This document shows, piece after piece, positions 1-10,198 of a stretch of 55,995 nucleotides of DNA; positions within the stretch are counted from its first letter, which is position 1, and the number at the start of each line of letters is the position of its first letter. The notes beneath the pieces are model-generated. The model was not told the DNA's origin, did no database searches, and worked only from the letters and a program-made list of their open reading frames with translations. The translations under genes and the position numbers were made by a program. Source of the DNA: Prorocentrum cordatum (Eukaryota); contig CAUYUJ010000117.1 of NCBI GenBank assembly GCA_963575745.1, forward strand, positions 62,001 through 117,995. The letters are read 5' to 3'.

Positions 1-1008
1 CCGGGCGGCTGCCTGGGGCTGCGGAGCTCCGTCGGCTCCAGGCTGCCCCGCTCGGTCGGCTCTGGGCTGCGGCCGCCCGGCTCGCCCGGCGTCGCGCCCG
101 GCGCCCCCTCCGCCTCGCCGGGCCTCGCGTCTGCGTCGCCGGCGCGGAACCGGAGCGCCCGCGGCTCGTGCCGGACGCCGGCGTCCTGGCATCTGCCGAA
201 GAGCGCCGCGTCCTCCTCCTCCTCCTCCTCCTCCTCCTCCTCCTCCTCCTCCTCCCCGAAGTGCGGCACACAGGAGCGCAGCATCCGAACGGCGCGTCGC
301 GCCAGCTGAACGGTGCACCGGACCCTCCAGAGGAGCAGCTGGTGGCCGCGCAGCCCACGGCGCCGGGCCGCCTGCGCCGCCATCGCGGAAAGCATCACGC
401 TGGTCTCCGGGTGCTCGCGGCCCCACGCCGACCAGACCATGGGCCTGTAAGTGATGTCCTGCGCCCGCAGCTCCGCCTCGTACTCCTGGAAGTCCCCCTG
501 CTTCTGGCGGTACACTGCGTCGCAGCAGTCCGCGCCCGCGACGGTAGCGTCGGGGCTCGTGATCCCAATGTCCAACGCCGCCAAGCGGCCCGGGAGAGCC
601 GCTGAGGTCAGGATATCCGCAGGGAGAAGCGCTGGAGCCTTAGAGGGAATGAGCCCGAGAGCTTCGGTCGCGGCGGTGGGGTCTGCTAGGTGCCCAAGCC
701 GAAGCACCTCGCCCCGGACGTCGTAATGCCCGCGGGTCGCTTCCGGCAGGGCAGAACAGGAGGGCGTGGGAGCCAGTCGCACCCAGCGAGGCGCCGCACC
801 GGGCGCAGAGCGAGTCGGGGCTCGCGCAGACTGCGCCCACCCGGAGCCGGACCGCCACCTGGAAGTCGCTCCTGGGCACCACTGGGCCACGCGCGCGCGA
901 GACCCGCCACAGCCACTCGTGCGACACAGAGGGGTCACGCAGCTCCAGGAGGCGCCGGCGACGGTCCTGCAGCACCGGCGCGTCCAGCTGCTCAAGGAGG
1001 CGGACGTT
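1..1008 (-). mobile_element. Element A: 3' fragment of an RLE-type (CRE-like) non-LTR retrotransposon, with CCHC knuckle and restriction-like endonuclease
   Basis: Manual minus-strand translation gives WLWRVSRARGPVVPRSDFQVAVRLRVGA...CARCG...HAL, a +1 frameshift near 758, then CSALPEATRGHYDVR...PADILTSAALPGRLAALDIGITSPD...KQGDF...YRPMVWSAWG. This is the CCHC + RH..PD..D..K layout of RLE retroelements. No RT is present upstream and the frame runs off the window edge. Confidence 0.8.
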
Positions 1009-2184
1009 GCTTGGAAGAGATCTTGGACGAGGTCGCAATATCGACTTCGCGCCTAAGAGTGTCTCCATCGAATCGAAATCATTATTTCGGGGAACCAACT
1101 TTTGCGAAACGGCGACCCCGTCTGAGACTGCATTGAACGCGCCATTTCGACCAAAGTTAACATTTCGGGCTCAGAATCGGCATGGCGCTTCCGCCAAATA
1201 CTTCCTCCAACGCAGAAGTCGAAGCCCGTCCGGTTCAAAATCGAAATGGCGATTTCGCCCATGGTTTCCCCCGAATCCCCATTCGAGCCCTTTCGGATTC
1301 GAAGTCAAAGTGGGGGCGTGCTGCTGCTGCTTGCAGGCCCTGGCGCACAATGGTGCGCTGGCCCCTGCCTGCCGTTGGGACCTCAGTTCGCCACTGTCTT
1401 GGTAGAGCCACGCAATGGGCAACCACTTTGGTAGCGGCGATGTTGAAACTTTTGGCGCTCTTGGACACCTGATTGGGGGGGGCGAGGGAAGGGGATGGGG
1501 GGGGGGCAAGACAATTTATCGGCGATTCTGCAACGCCCCCCCCCCCCTTCCCGAGCCCTATCACGCCCCATTGGCGCGCGCGCTGACGGCGGGGAGCTCC
1601 CTCGAAGAGCGAGCGCAGCCTGGGCCTGCGATTCATGCAAGAGCCCAGCTCTGAAACAGGGGCCCTCTCCCATCCTGAAACATAAAACAAACGCCGCGAC
1701 GCATGTACATGCAGCAGAAGGGGGCTTGAAACATGGGCAACGATGCCTGATGCTGGCGGGCGTCTCATGTAGCAATCCCGATGTGGAAAAGGGGCCGCTC
1801 AGCGTGCGCGCAGCTGCTGCACACGGTTAGGCGCCCGTTTTGAAATGTCTAAGGAGTCTCAAAACTGCGCTCCATGCGAGTTATGGTCGCAAGCCTTTAA
1901 GACGGGCGCGCACGCGCGATGGCCGCGCCGTGAGCGCCGCTTTCGCGCGAAGAAGTCTCAACCATGACGCCCGCTCCCCCTGCCGACTCGCCTGGTGGCG
2001 CAATTGGAACTATTTCACTTAGGAGTGGCATCATTAGCTTTAACATCTAGTATCCCGACCTGGCAAATTTCGCCAGCCGCCACCGTCGACCTGCATGGCC
2101 GCCGCGTCGGGCTTCTCCCCGCAGCGCCAGCCCTGAGGCGCGACTCCTCAGCCCCCCCAACTCCATTACAAGCATAACAAATTG

Positions 2185-2349
2185 CATAAACATAAACTGT
2201 CGGTGCTCCGCGCGGATTTCTTGGATCTGCGCTGGACCCCCTCCCTGGCGCGCGGAGCGCGCCAGTGGCGGTGCCGGATGCGCATCCAGGGGGGAGGCCC
2301 AGCGCGGGTCCAAGAAATCTGCGCGGAGCGCCAAAAGGTTATTGTTATG
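2185..2349. mobile_element. MITE-like foldback, family F1 copy 1
   Basis: About 60-bp imperfect inverted arms (GCTCCGCGCGGATTTCTTGGATCTGCGCTGG / CCAGCGCGGGTCCAAGAAATCTGCGCGGAGC) around an inner hairpin CTGGCGCGCGGAGCGCGCCAG. A second copy lies at 8291-8456. Confidence 0.75.
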
Positions 2350-2397
2350 GCGGTTTTTCGCCTTTGATCCCTGGCACGCGGCACGGTGGCAACGTTC

Positions 2398-2581
2398 TCC
2401 TCCTCCTCCTCCTCCTGCTCCTCCTGCTCCTGCTCCTCCTCCTCCGTCTACTTCTTCTCCTCCTCCTCCTCCTCCTCCCTCCCCTCTCCTCCCCCTCCTC
2501 CCCCTCCTCCCACTCCTCCTCCTCGTCCCCCTCCTCCTCCTCGTCACCTCCTCCTCCTCCTCCTCCTCCTCCTCCTCCTCC
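2398..2581. repeat. (CCT)n microsatellite
   Basis: Directly visible. Similar tracts occur at 212-253, 3955-4039, 5113-5258, 9025-9080, 9930-10058, 12515-12900, 13085-13440, 22603-22790, 39577-39760 and 41693-41850. Confidence 0.95.
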
Positions 2582-3643
2582 CGGCTCCTGGCTCCTTCTG
2601 GCTCGCACTTTGCTTGGCGGCTGCCTCGCTCCACCGCGGCTCGCCCGCGCCGCCGCGGCGGCGCGCCTCGCGAAGCGCAGCGCGCCGGCCTGCGCCCGCC
2701 CAACGGAGGGCGCGCGCGGCAGGAAGGGGGCTCTGTGCTCAGGTCGGGCCTGTCCCCCTACGGGGGGAGTGCGGATGAAGACTAAGCAATAGTCAAACAA
2801 TACTCAACATTATCAAAACTGATCATTCAATCGTCCCCAGACAATTTTTGATTATTTTTGAATATTACTCCTGTAGAGGGACAGGCCCGACTTCACTCTG
2901 TGCTGCCGCGCGGGCGACGGGATCGCGATCGAGGAGGAAGGCCCCAAGGGCTCCGACGATCCGGCCCATTGTCTGTGGGCCCCCGCGCGCAAGCGGCGCT
3001 GCTTCGGCCGATGCCGGGGCGGCCGAGGCCGAGCTCCAAAGGGCCGAGGCGGAGGAGGGAGCGCTGAAGGCCGATGGGCCCTTCGCGATCGAGGGGGAGA
3101 AGGCAGAGTCACTCTGCCAGCACACCTCCACTGATCCCATGTGTTGCGGGAGGGGGTGTCGGGAGGGCGAGGGTTCTCGAGGAGATACTGGGGCCCTGCC
3201 TGTACAAAGTCTGAATGCAGGCCCGGGTGATTCTCCCGCTGTAGCCAGCAAGTGCCAGGCAGGGTGTACATCTCGACCCTAGCCGCCTGCGCCCACTTCG
3301 CTGTCTTGCTTTCACCAAGTGCTACCACTGCTGACAATATTATTTCAGGACTCCCATCCTACCACGCCTCCCCTCTTCTTGGGCTTCGCAAATCTTTATA
3401 TGGCGGTCGTGTTCATTTCCATCCCACCCCCTCAAGTTCGGTACGGAATGCACTTTGTAGTATGTCCCAGGACCTATCGATTGCATGCTTGTAAATCCTG
3501 TTCTTCGTTTTCCCTTGGCCACACATGGGGCGGACAGTGGTGCTCCCCTCAGGGCAGAACAAAAAACATACAATGCCCTACACCTGCACACTTGCCCTGC
3601 TTCATGCCCAGCGTGTCTCCGACGATCCGCCCGCAGCAGCTCT

Positions 3644-4074
3644 CTTCCCAGGCTGTGACAAGACCCCCACCGCCACAGCTGCATGTCATACTTTCCAAAC
3701 CTTGCAGTGCCGTTCGCCGTCAGCCCAGCCGCCCTAACAGTCAAGGCGCTGCCACTAGGAACGCTGGGTAAGGAACGAAGGGGCCTTCCCAGGCTGTGAC
3801 AAGACCCCCACCGCCACAGCTGCATGTCATACTTTCCAAACCTTGCCGTGCCATTCGCCGTCAGCCCAGCCGCCCTACAGTCAAGGCGCTGCCAAGGCGC
3901 GCGCAGGCCTTGGCGCGTGGCTCGCAGAGGATGTTCTCCGCCTCCTGCATTATCCTCCTCCTCCCCCTCCCCCTCCTCCTCCTCCTCCTCCTTCCTCCTC
4001 CTCCTCCTCCTCCTCCTCCTCCTCCTCCTCCCCCTCCTCTAATGCTGGGTAAGGAACGAAGGGGCTTTCCAGGC
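3644..4074. repeat. Tandem 141-bp duplication; second copy interrupted by an insert of about 150 bp containing a CCT tract
   Basis: CTTCCCAGGCTGTGACAAGACCCCCACCGCC... starts at both 3644 and 3785. The unit tail GCTGGGTAAGGAACGAAGGG reappears at about 4044. Confidence 0.85.
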
Positions 4075-4946
4075 CACGGCGGGCCTCGGCCGCGATCACA
4101 TTCCCCGGCCTAGACCTGAGGAACGGCCTGATAACCCCTCCTGCACTCGAAGCGGTCCTTGTGTGAGCGCCCTGAATGTAATTTGAAGCCCTTTCGCCAC
4201 TTCTCGCGCAGCCCGCGTAACCTGCCAACTCCAGCAACCTTGCTTGGACGGGTGCGGGAAGGCTGCCTCAATGGACGAGCACACCACTGGCACTCCGTGC
4301 TATGGCCATGTTGGCCTTCGGCGGAGGGGCACCTGCCCTGCATTGGGCCGCCGGGCGTCAGATCTGCTCATCCTCACCTCTCCTCCTCATCTCATCTATC
4401 TTACTTGTTGATCGTGATCACCTCCATCACTCCACTCACCTGTTCCGTTGACGCTAACTGCACTGGGTACCGGGTTGACATTCACCGCACTGGGTACCGG
4501 CTTACCATCTTGGTCAGCGACCTAGCTACTCTCACGACCAGGCCAACTTACAATATCACTGGCACACCTTTTCTGCGATGGTGCCCGCCTGCACGCGTAT
4601 TTCGTCCGCTCCTCTTCGGGGTCCTCCTTGAATTATGCTGATGGTTATGTTCACGGTTTCTCCGTCTCTTGGCTGTTTGCAGGGTTACGCTTCGCCCTCT
4701 GGGCTTCGTTTGTTTTGCTTTGGCCTCATTACTTCTGTCATCCACATCTGCTGGCAGCTTACTTCGCGGCCATTCTACCTCCATCGGTGTCTCATCGACG
4801 CACGTTGTCCTACGAACGCTGCGAGCCCCCTAACTGGAAGTCCGACAAACGCCAGGAATGAGGAAGAGGTGGAGGAGGAGGAGGAGGAGGAGGAGGAGGT
4901 GAAGGATAGGGAGGAGGATGGGGTGGACGAGGAGCGGGAGGCGGTC

Positions 4947-5024
4947 CTGGCTGCAGCCGCGGGTCTCCTGGAGGCTGCGCGTGCACTGGCCGCCCATGGA
5001 GGGCTCGACGACGACATCTCTGGA
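4947..5024 (-). CDS. Host TSP1-repeat protein exon (SRDVVVEPSMGGQCTRSLQETRGCSQ)
   Basis: AG acceptor and GA donor, phase 0. It supplies the C-terminal half of a TSP1 repeat and joins in frame to the exon at 8894-8953. Confidence 0.8.
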
Positions 5025-5530
5025 CTCGGCGGCGCTCGGGGGTGGGCCAGGGGGCGAAAAGGGGGAGAGAAGGGGCTCTGGGCAGAGGAGGAGGAACGGG
5101 GAGGAGGAAATGGAGGAGGAGGAGGAGGAGGAGGAGGAGGAGGAGGAGGAGGAGGAGGAGGAGGAGGAGGAGGAGGAGGAGGAGGAGGAGGAGGGGGAGG
5201 AGGAGGAGGGGGGGAGGAGGAGGAGGAGGAGGAGGAGGAGGAGGAGGAGGAGGAGGAGAGCTTGGGCAGAGGCTTCCCCCCTCCACTCGCCCCTCCCTCG
5301 CCCCGTCCATCACCCTGTCTGTCCGCCCGTCTTGCCCTCCCTCCCTCCCTCCCTCCCCCTCCCCGTCCCCCGCCCCTGGAGCTCCTTCGCGAGGGGCGGG
5401 AGGAGGAAGAGAGGAACAAAAGCAGCATAGGCAATAAGGCATGTAGGAGCAGGGGCGCGGGAAAGCGACGGGGCATCGGCACCAGAACGATAGGAGGGAG
5501 GACGGCGAGGGGGTGTGAGGATGAGGGGAC

Positions 5531-5687
5531 CAGAAAACAAACGACACCACCCCACCTACGGCGCCACGGGCCGTAGCCTTTTTACAAGACATCTGGCGTG
5601 GGTTTTTGCATGGTCTTCGCTGCGGACCCCGACTGGCCGTAGCGCAACATGGAGGCCCGTAGTTGGGGTGGTGTCGTTTGTTTTTTG
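5531..5687. mobile_element. MITE-like element with 31-bp terminal inverted repeats
   Basis: CAGAAAACAAACGACACCACCCCACCTACGG (5531) versus the reverse complement of 5657-5687, CAAAAAACAAACGACACCACCCCAACTACGG: 29/31 identical. Confidence 0.8.
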
Positions 5688-5774
5688 CCCGAGTGAGGGG
5701 ATGAGGCGGAACGTGCACGCAAGACATAATGACACATCTGAGCGAGAATGAACAGAAAAATAGACAAAGGTCTT

Positions 5775-5797
5775 CTGTGGGCCAGAATGGCTACAGT
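5775..5797 (-). other. Degenerate DinoSL relic
   Basis: Minus strand reads ACTGTAGCCATTCTGGCCCACAG versus DinoSL ACCGTAGCCATTTTGGCTCAAG: three transitions and one inserted base. Confidence 0.6.
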
Positions 5798-6424
5798 TGC
5801 TGGGCGTCCGAAGCCGCCTGCGAGACTCGAAAATCGCCCCGCAACCATCCGAAAGGGCTTCCAAGCAGTCCAAGAGAGCCCCCAAACGGCATAACAAGGT
5901 TCCACGATGGCCTCAGAGAGCCCCATGACGGCCCAAGATGACCCCGAGACAACCTCCAAAGCATTCCAAATCGTGACCCGGTCGTTCAGGGAGACCGCGG
6001 TTGAAGACAGGGTGGCCCGAGAAAGCCCGCAGAGGCCCCCAGAAGACGTCCAAGAGGCCTCCAGACGGCCTCCAAAAAACATGAACAACTTCCGCGAGGC
6101 CCCCAGAGGCTCTCCAAGGAGGAGCCTCCGCAACAAAAGACAGAGGAGGATGGGGAGAATACGTAGGGTAGGGCGAGAATGAGGAAAAAGCATGAAGGAA
6201 GGAAAACTAATCACATTATTATAACGGCGATGCCGGAAAAGGCAGCAAGGAAATATCGCTGAATTGTCGGCTTGACCTTCCTGACATTCCGCCTGCATGC
6301 CAAACTTCAAGACCAAGGTGCATACCGCGAAGCGCAACTGCAATATTGTACATATATACCTATACGACCATCCTTCAGGTGATAAGGAGGTTTGGGGGGG
6401 AGAGGGGAGGGACCAACATCAGAC

Positions 6425-7071
6425 TCAATCGATCTCTCTATCGATCTCTCTATCGATCTCACTCAACGGGACACCACGGGACACCATGGGACACCATGGG
6501 ACACTTGTCGATCTCACTATCGATCTCACTCAACGGGACACCACGGAACACAACGGGACACCACGAGACACCGCGGGACACCTCTCGATCTCACTATCGG
6601 TCTCACTATCGATCTCACTATCGATCTCACTCAACGGGACACCACGGGACACCTGTCAATCCCACTATCGACCTCACTATCGATCTCACTCAACGGGACA
6701 CCACGGGACACCTCGGGGCACCAAATCGATCACAGTATCGATCTCACTATCGATCTCACTCAACGGGACACCACGGGCCACCTCAAAACACCACGGGACA
6801 TCGGCGGGACACCGCGCGCTACCGGCCGCCGGAGGAGAATCATTTGGTCCGGCCGCGGCCCAGCCACAGGAGGATTTCGGGACACCAGCGGGACACCGGC
6901 GGGACACCGCGGCGCACCGGCCGCCGGACGAGTTACATTTGGTCCGGCCGCGGCCCAGCCACAGGAGGATTTCGGGACACCGGCAGGACACTTGCGGGGG
7001 GACACCGCCGCGCACCTGCCGCCGGACGAGTTACATTTGGTCAGGCCGCGGCCCAGCCACAGGAGGATTTC
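6425..7071. repeat. Composite minisatellite: alternating (ATCGATCTCACT)n and (CGGGACACCA)n blocks, then three copies of a ~55-bp unit
   Basis: Units are directly visible. The longer unit GCCGCCGGACGAGTTACATTTGGTCCGGCCGCGGCCCAGCCACAGGAGGATTTC occurs near 6825, 6920 and 7018. Confidence 0.9.
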
Positions 7072-8290
7072 CTCTCGCCCACCCACGCAGCTTCGCCTCG
7101 CCCGCACGCACGCACGGCACGCACGACACGAACCCGAATCCGAAATCGATTTCCTGGTAGGGGGGTCTCCGTTTCACGTCGGACTCACCCCCCAACCTCC
7201 GATACACATACATATCCATGTACTTGTCCGTCTATGTCTTGTTGTCAAACTGCATGACGGCTATGGAACTGTGGTTTCAGGTTGAAACTATGGTTGAACT
7301 GTTAGGAGCGGCACCCAGGCCACAGCTGGACCTTACGACGCTGTCCCATCGAAAACACAATCTATGTTTTAGAAAGCCCACATCCATAACAGGCCCTAAG
7401 TAGAGTCGTTCCTAACAGCCATACGCGTAACGCAAGGACAACGCGCGCGCGACCTCGAGAGCTCCTTGCCTTTGGTTGTGCCAACGTGTAAATGACACGC
7501 GCTGCTAGTCGGGAGACGGCTGAAACTTCAGGAACACTAGCTAAACCATAGCCGGAACTTCAAAACAAGCAATTTCGATTCGCAAGCATGTTGGCTTCTG
7601 ACTCTGCACCTTAAGAGCCATTATCATACCAAAACTGGAACTCATGGTGACCCAGCTTGTCGACAACACTTGTAGTCGAACGCCCCCGGGTCATAGGCCG
7701 GACCTTAGCAGATCTAGAACTACAAACTGATACGCAAGTCGTCAGAAAATGCGGGCGCGACCTCACACAGTCGTGGACCAAGCCATGCTGGAGCTGTTTA
7801 CTGCTCTGCAGTTGCAAACCACCATCGCCGAATACATCATGCCGGTGTTGACGCGGGTTGTGCTCACAGCGGTTCCTCGCACAATGATCGTGGCCCCGCT
7901 GGTCGCGGGACCAATTTCCACAGCAGCCGTGGACTCGGTCGTAAGCTCATGAGATGCGGAGGCCGTGACCCGCGCTCGTCCACGCGACCACCCCCGGAAA
8001 GAAAGGCGCCTCCAGAACAGCCTCGGGACAGCCCACGGGCAGAAGAGCAGGCCACACGTGATGCTGAAGCCTTGGACTCGCCATCGCTCGGACGTCTATT
8101 CCACGTGCATTGTTCGGTTTCGTGCGTGTACTTTCTGCAAGATGATCCCGATTGCTCCTCGATGGGCCTCGCCGAGAACAAAACACACGCCCGAGCGATG
8201 CCAAGGAGGGCCAAGACGGCCTCGGGACAGCGAAAGCCGCAGCAGCAGCCACGGCAGCGGCACCAGCCACAACGACAATATAATACACTG

Positions 8291-8456
8291 CACACACATA
8301 AATCTTTGGCGCTCCGCGCTGATTTCTTGGATCTGCGCTGGACCCCCCATCCCTGGCGCGCGGAGCGCGCCAGGGGCGGCGCCGGAGGCGCCGCTGGGGG
8401 GGGGACCAGCGCGGATCCAAGAGATCCGCGCGGAGCGCCAAAAGTTTATGCTTATG
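8291..8456. mobile_element. MITE-like foldback, family F1 copy 2
   Basis: Same inverted arms and inner hairpin as 2185-2349, ending in ...CCAAAAGTTTATGCTTATG. Confidence 0.75.
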
Positions 8457-8663
8457 CCGTTTTTCTTTTTTGAGCAAGGACCGACCGTCCCGGCGTTCCT
8501 ATAGGCGAACCACGAAATGCTCTTCGAACCCGAAATTTGTTCCAATCACAACAGCCGTGTTCTCAGACCATGAAGCAGAGCCGATGTGTGCAAACAAGGC
8601 AGCCCCAACCAGAGATGCTCTCAGCACCTTCCGTGCGAACCACAAGCATATGGCTCTTTTAGT

Positions 8664-8790
8664 CGGGAGCGGCCAAGAGGGGGGTGTCCAAGACGGGGGG
8701 GTGCGAATCATGACCGGCGGCCATGATATCATGGCCCCCGCCATGATATCCACCCCCCCCCTAGTCATCACCCCCCTCTTTTCCGCCCCC
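8664..8790. repeat. Spacer-less palindrome (foldback)
   Basis: Perfect 18-bp core GGCCATGATATCATGGCC with imperfect arms of about 55 bp (AAGAGGGGGGTG / CACCCCCCTCTT). Confidence 0.8.
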
Positions 8791-8893
8791 GATATAGAGC
8801 ACCCTCCGGTGGGCCTAACCGGCAAGCCGGGACGCTCCGCCACTGCTCGACTCTTCGAGCAGCCGGCGAGGCCGGGCGGTCCGAGGCGCCGGC

Positions 8894-8953
8894 CCTCTGC
8901 TGCTGCCCGTCGCAGGCGCGGTCGCAGGCCGACCACTCGGCCCAGGGCGAGAC
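8894..8953 (-). CDS. Host TSP1-repeat protein exon (VSPWAEWSACDRACDGQQQR)
   Basis: Carries the WxxWxxC TSP1 signature. CAG acceptor, GC donor, 60 nt, phase 0. Confidence 0.85.
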
Positions 8954-9091
8954 CTGGCGGGGCCCGCGCCCGCCCCGGGGCCCGCTCTCGGCGGCTCTCC
9001 TGGCTGCTCCCGGCTGCCGCGGCTGCTCCTCCTCCTCCTCCTCCTCCTCCTCCTCCTCCTCCTCCTCCTCCTCCTCCTCCCTCCTGCACCG

Positions 9092-9261
9092 AGGAGGGGC
9101 CCAGGGACACACACAAAGACACAGATCCCAGGACTCCCCCCCTGTTTTCCCATGTATCTTCTGGGTGTTCTTCTGCCCCACCCCCCGCTTCCCAGAGTTG
9201 CCACATGCTCCTGGGAGTCGACGATGGATTGTGTCTGTTTTTTTTGTTCCCCCCCTCCTGA
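9092..9261. repeat. Dispersed ~165-bp repeat (second copy 39281-39441), possibly a MITE
   Basis: Shared blocks AGGGGCCC.GGGACAC, TTCTGGGT, TCGACGAT..ATTGTGTCTGT and CCCCTCCTGA. The ends are weakly inverted. Confidence 0.6.
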
Positions 9262-10198
9262 TTTACCGCATTCGCCCTGATGCACCGCCTTCGCTTCTTT
9301 CGGGGACGCACGACCTTGGGCGTTGCCTCATGGGAGAGGCGAACAAAACGGGAGGGAGAAAACGTGAACGTTCAGTGACCCTTTGGGGCCCCTTGGGGGC
9401 TCCTTTGTAAAACTAGGGCGCAAACGGTGCACCTTTCTTCACCTCCTCCATCCATTTTTGAGCAGGGGCCGACTGTCCCGGCATCCCTGTAGGCCTACCA
9501 CTGCATGTTCTTAGAACCCAAACATGTTCAAAGAACGAACAATGCTTAGAACATAGAGCCGATGTGCTACAACAAGGCAGCCCCAGCCATACATGTTCTA
9601 ATCACATTCCGCGCAGACCACAACAAGGATCTTAGAACATCCTTTCGCAGGCCTGCCAGGCGAGCCAGGACGCCTCGCCACTGCTCGGATTCCGCAGCGT
9701 CGGGTCAACAGTCAACAGACGCGGTTACCTCGGACTGGCCAGGGGAGCCAGCACGCTTCGCCACTACCCCGGGTCCACCCGACTCCGCGTCGGCCAGGGC
9801 CCTGCCGCGAAGCCCGGCTGGCCGCCTGGTAGCTCCCGAGCCCGGGCCGGCCAGAGGGGATTGGCTGACCCCCCGGTAGCGTTGACCCCCGCTGCCTGGG
9901 CCACCCTGATGCTCGTCCTGGGGAGGGACAGGAGAAGGAGGAGGAGGAGGAGGAGGAGGAGGAGGAGGAATAAGAGGAAGAGGAGGAGGAGGAGAAGGAG
10001 GAGGAGGTGAAGAAGGAGGAGGAGGAGGAGGAGGAGGAGGAGGAGGAAGAGGAGCAGGAGACCCATCCGTCCGTCACTCCTCCTCTCCTTCTTCTCCTCT
10101 TCCCTTCTTTCGCCCCTTGGGTTGAGGCTGCGAATCGGGGGTCTGCCCAAACAGAATCTGTGCGCCCCCTCCTGGCCGGACCTTTCTCCACCACCTAG

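Larger units (their letters stand above)
8467..9623. repeat. Pair of diverged ~170-bp direct repeats (8467-8645 and 9455-9623)
   Basis: TTTTGAGCA(A/G)G...GTCCCGGC...GAACCC...GAGCCGATGTG...ACAAGGCAGCCCCA...ACCACAA is present in both copies. Confidence 0.75.

Noticed and set aside
5570..5587. SL-like CCGTAGCCTTTTTACAAG
   Set aside because: Only the first 8 nt match cleanly, and it lies inside a foldback where GGCCGTAGC is repeated.
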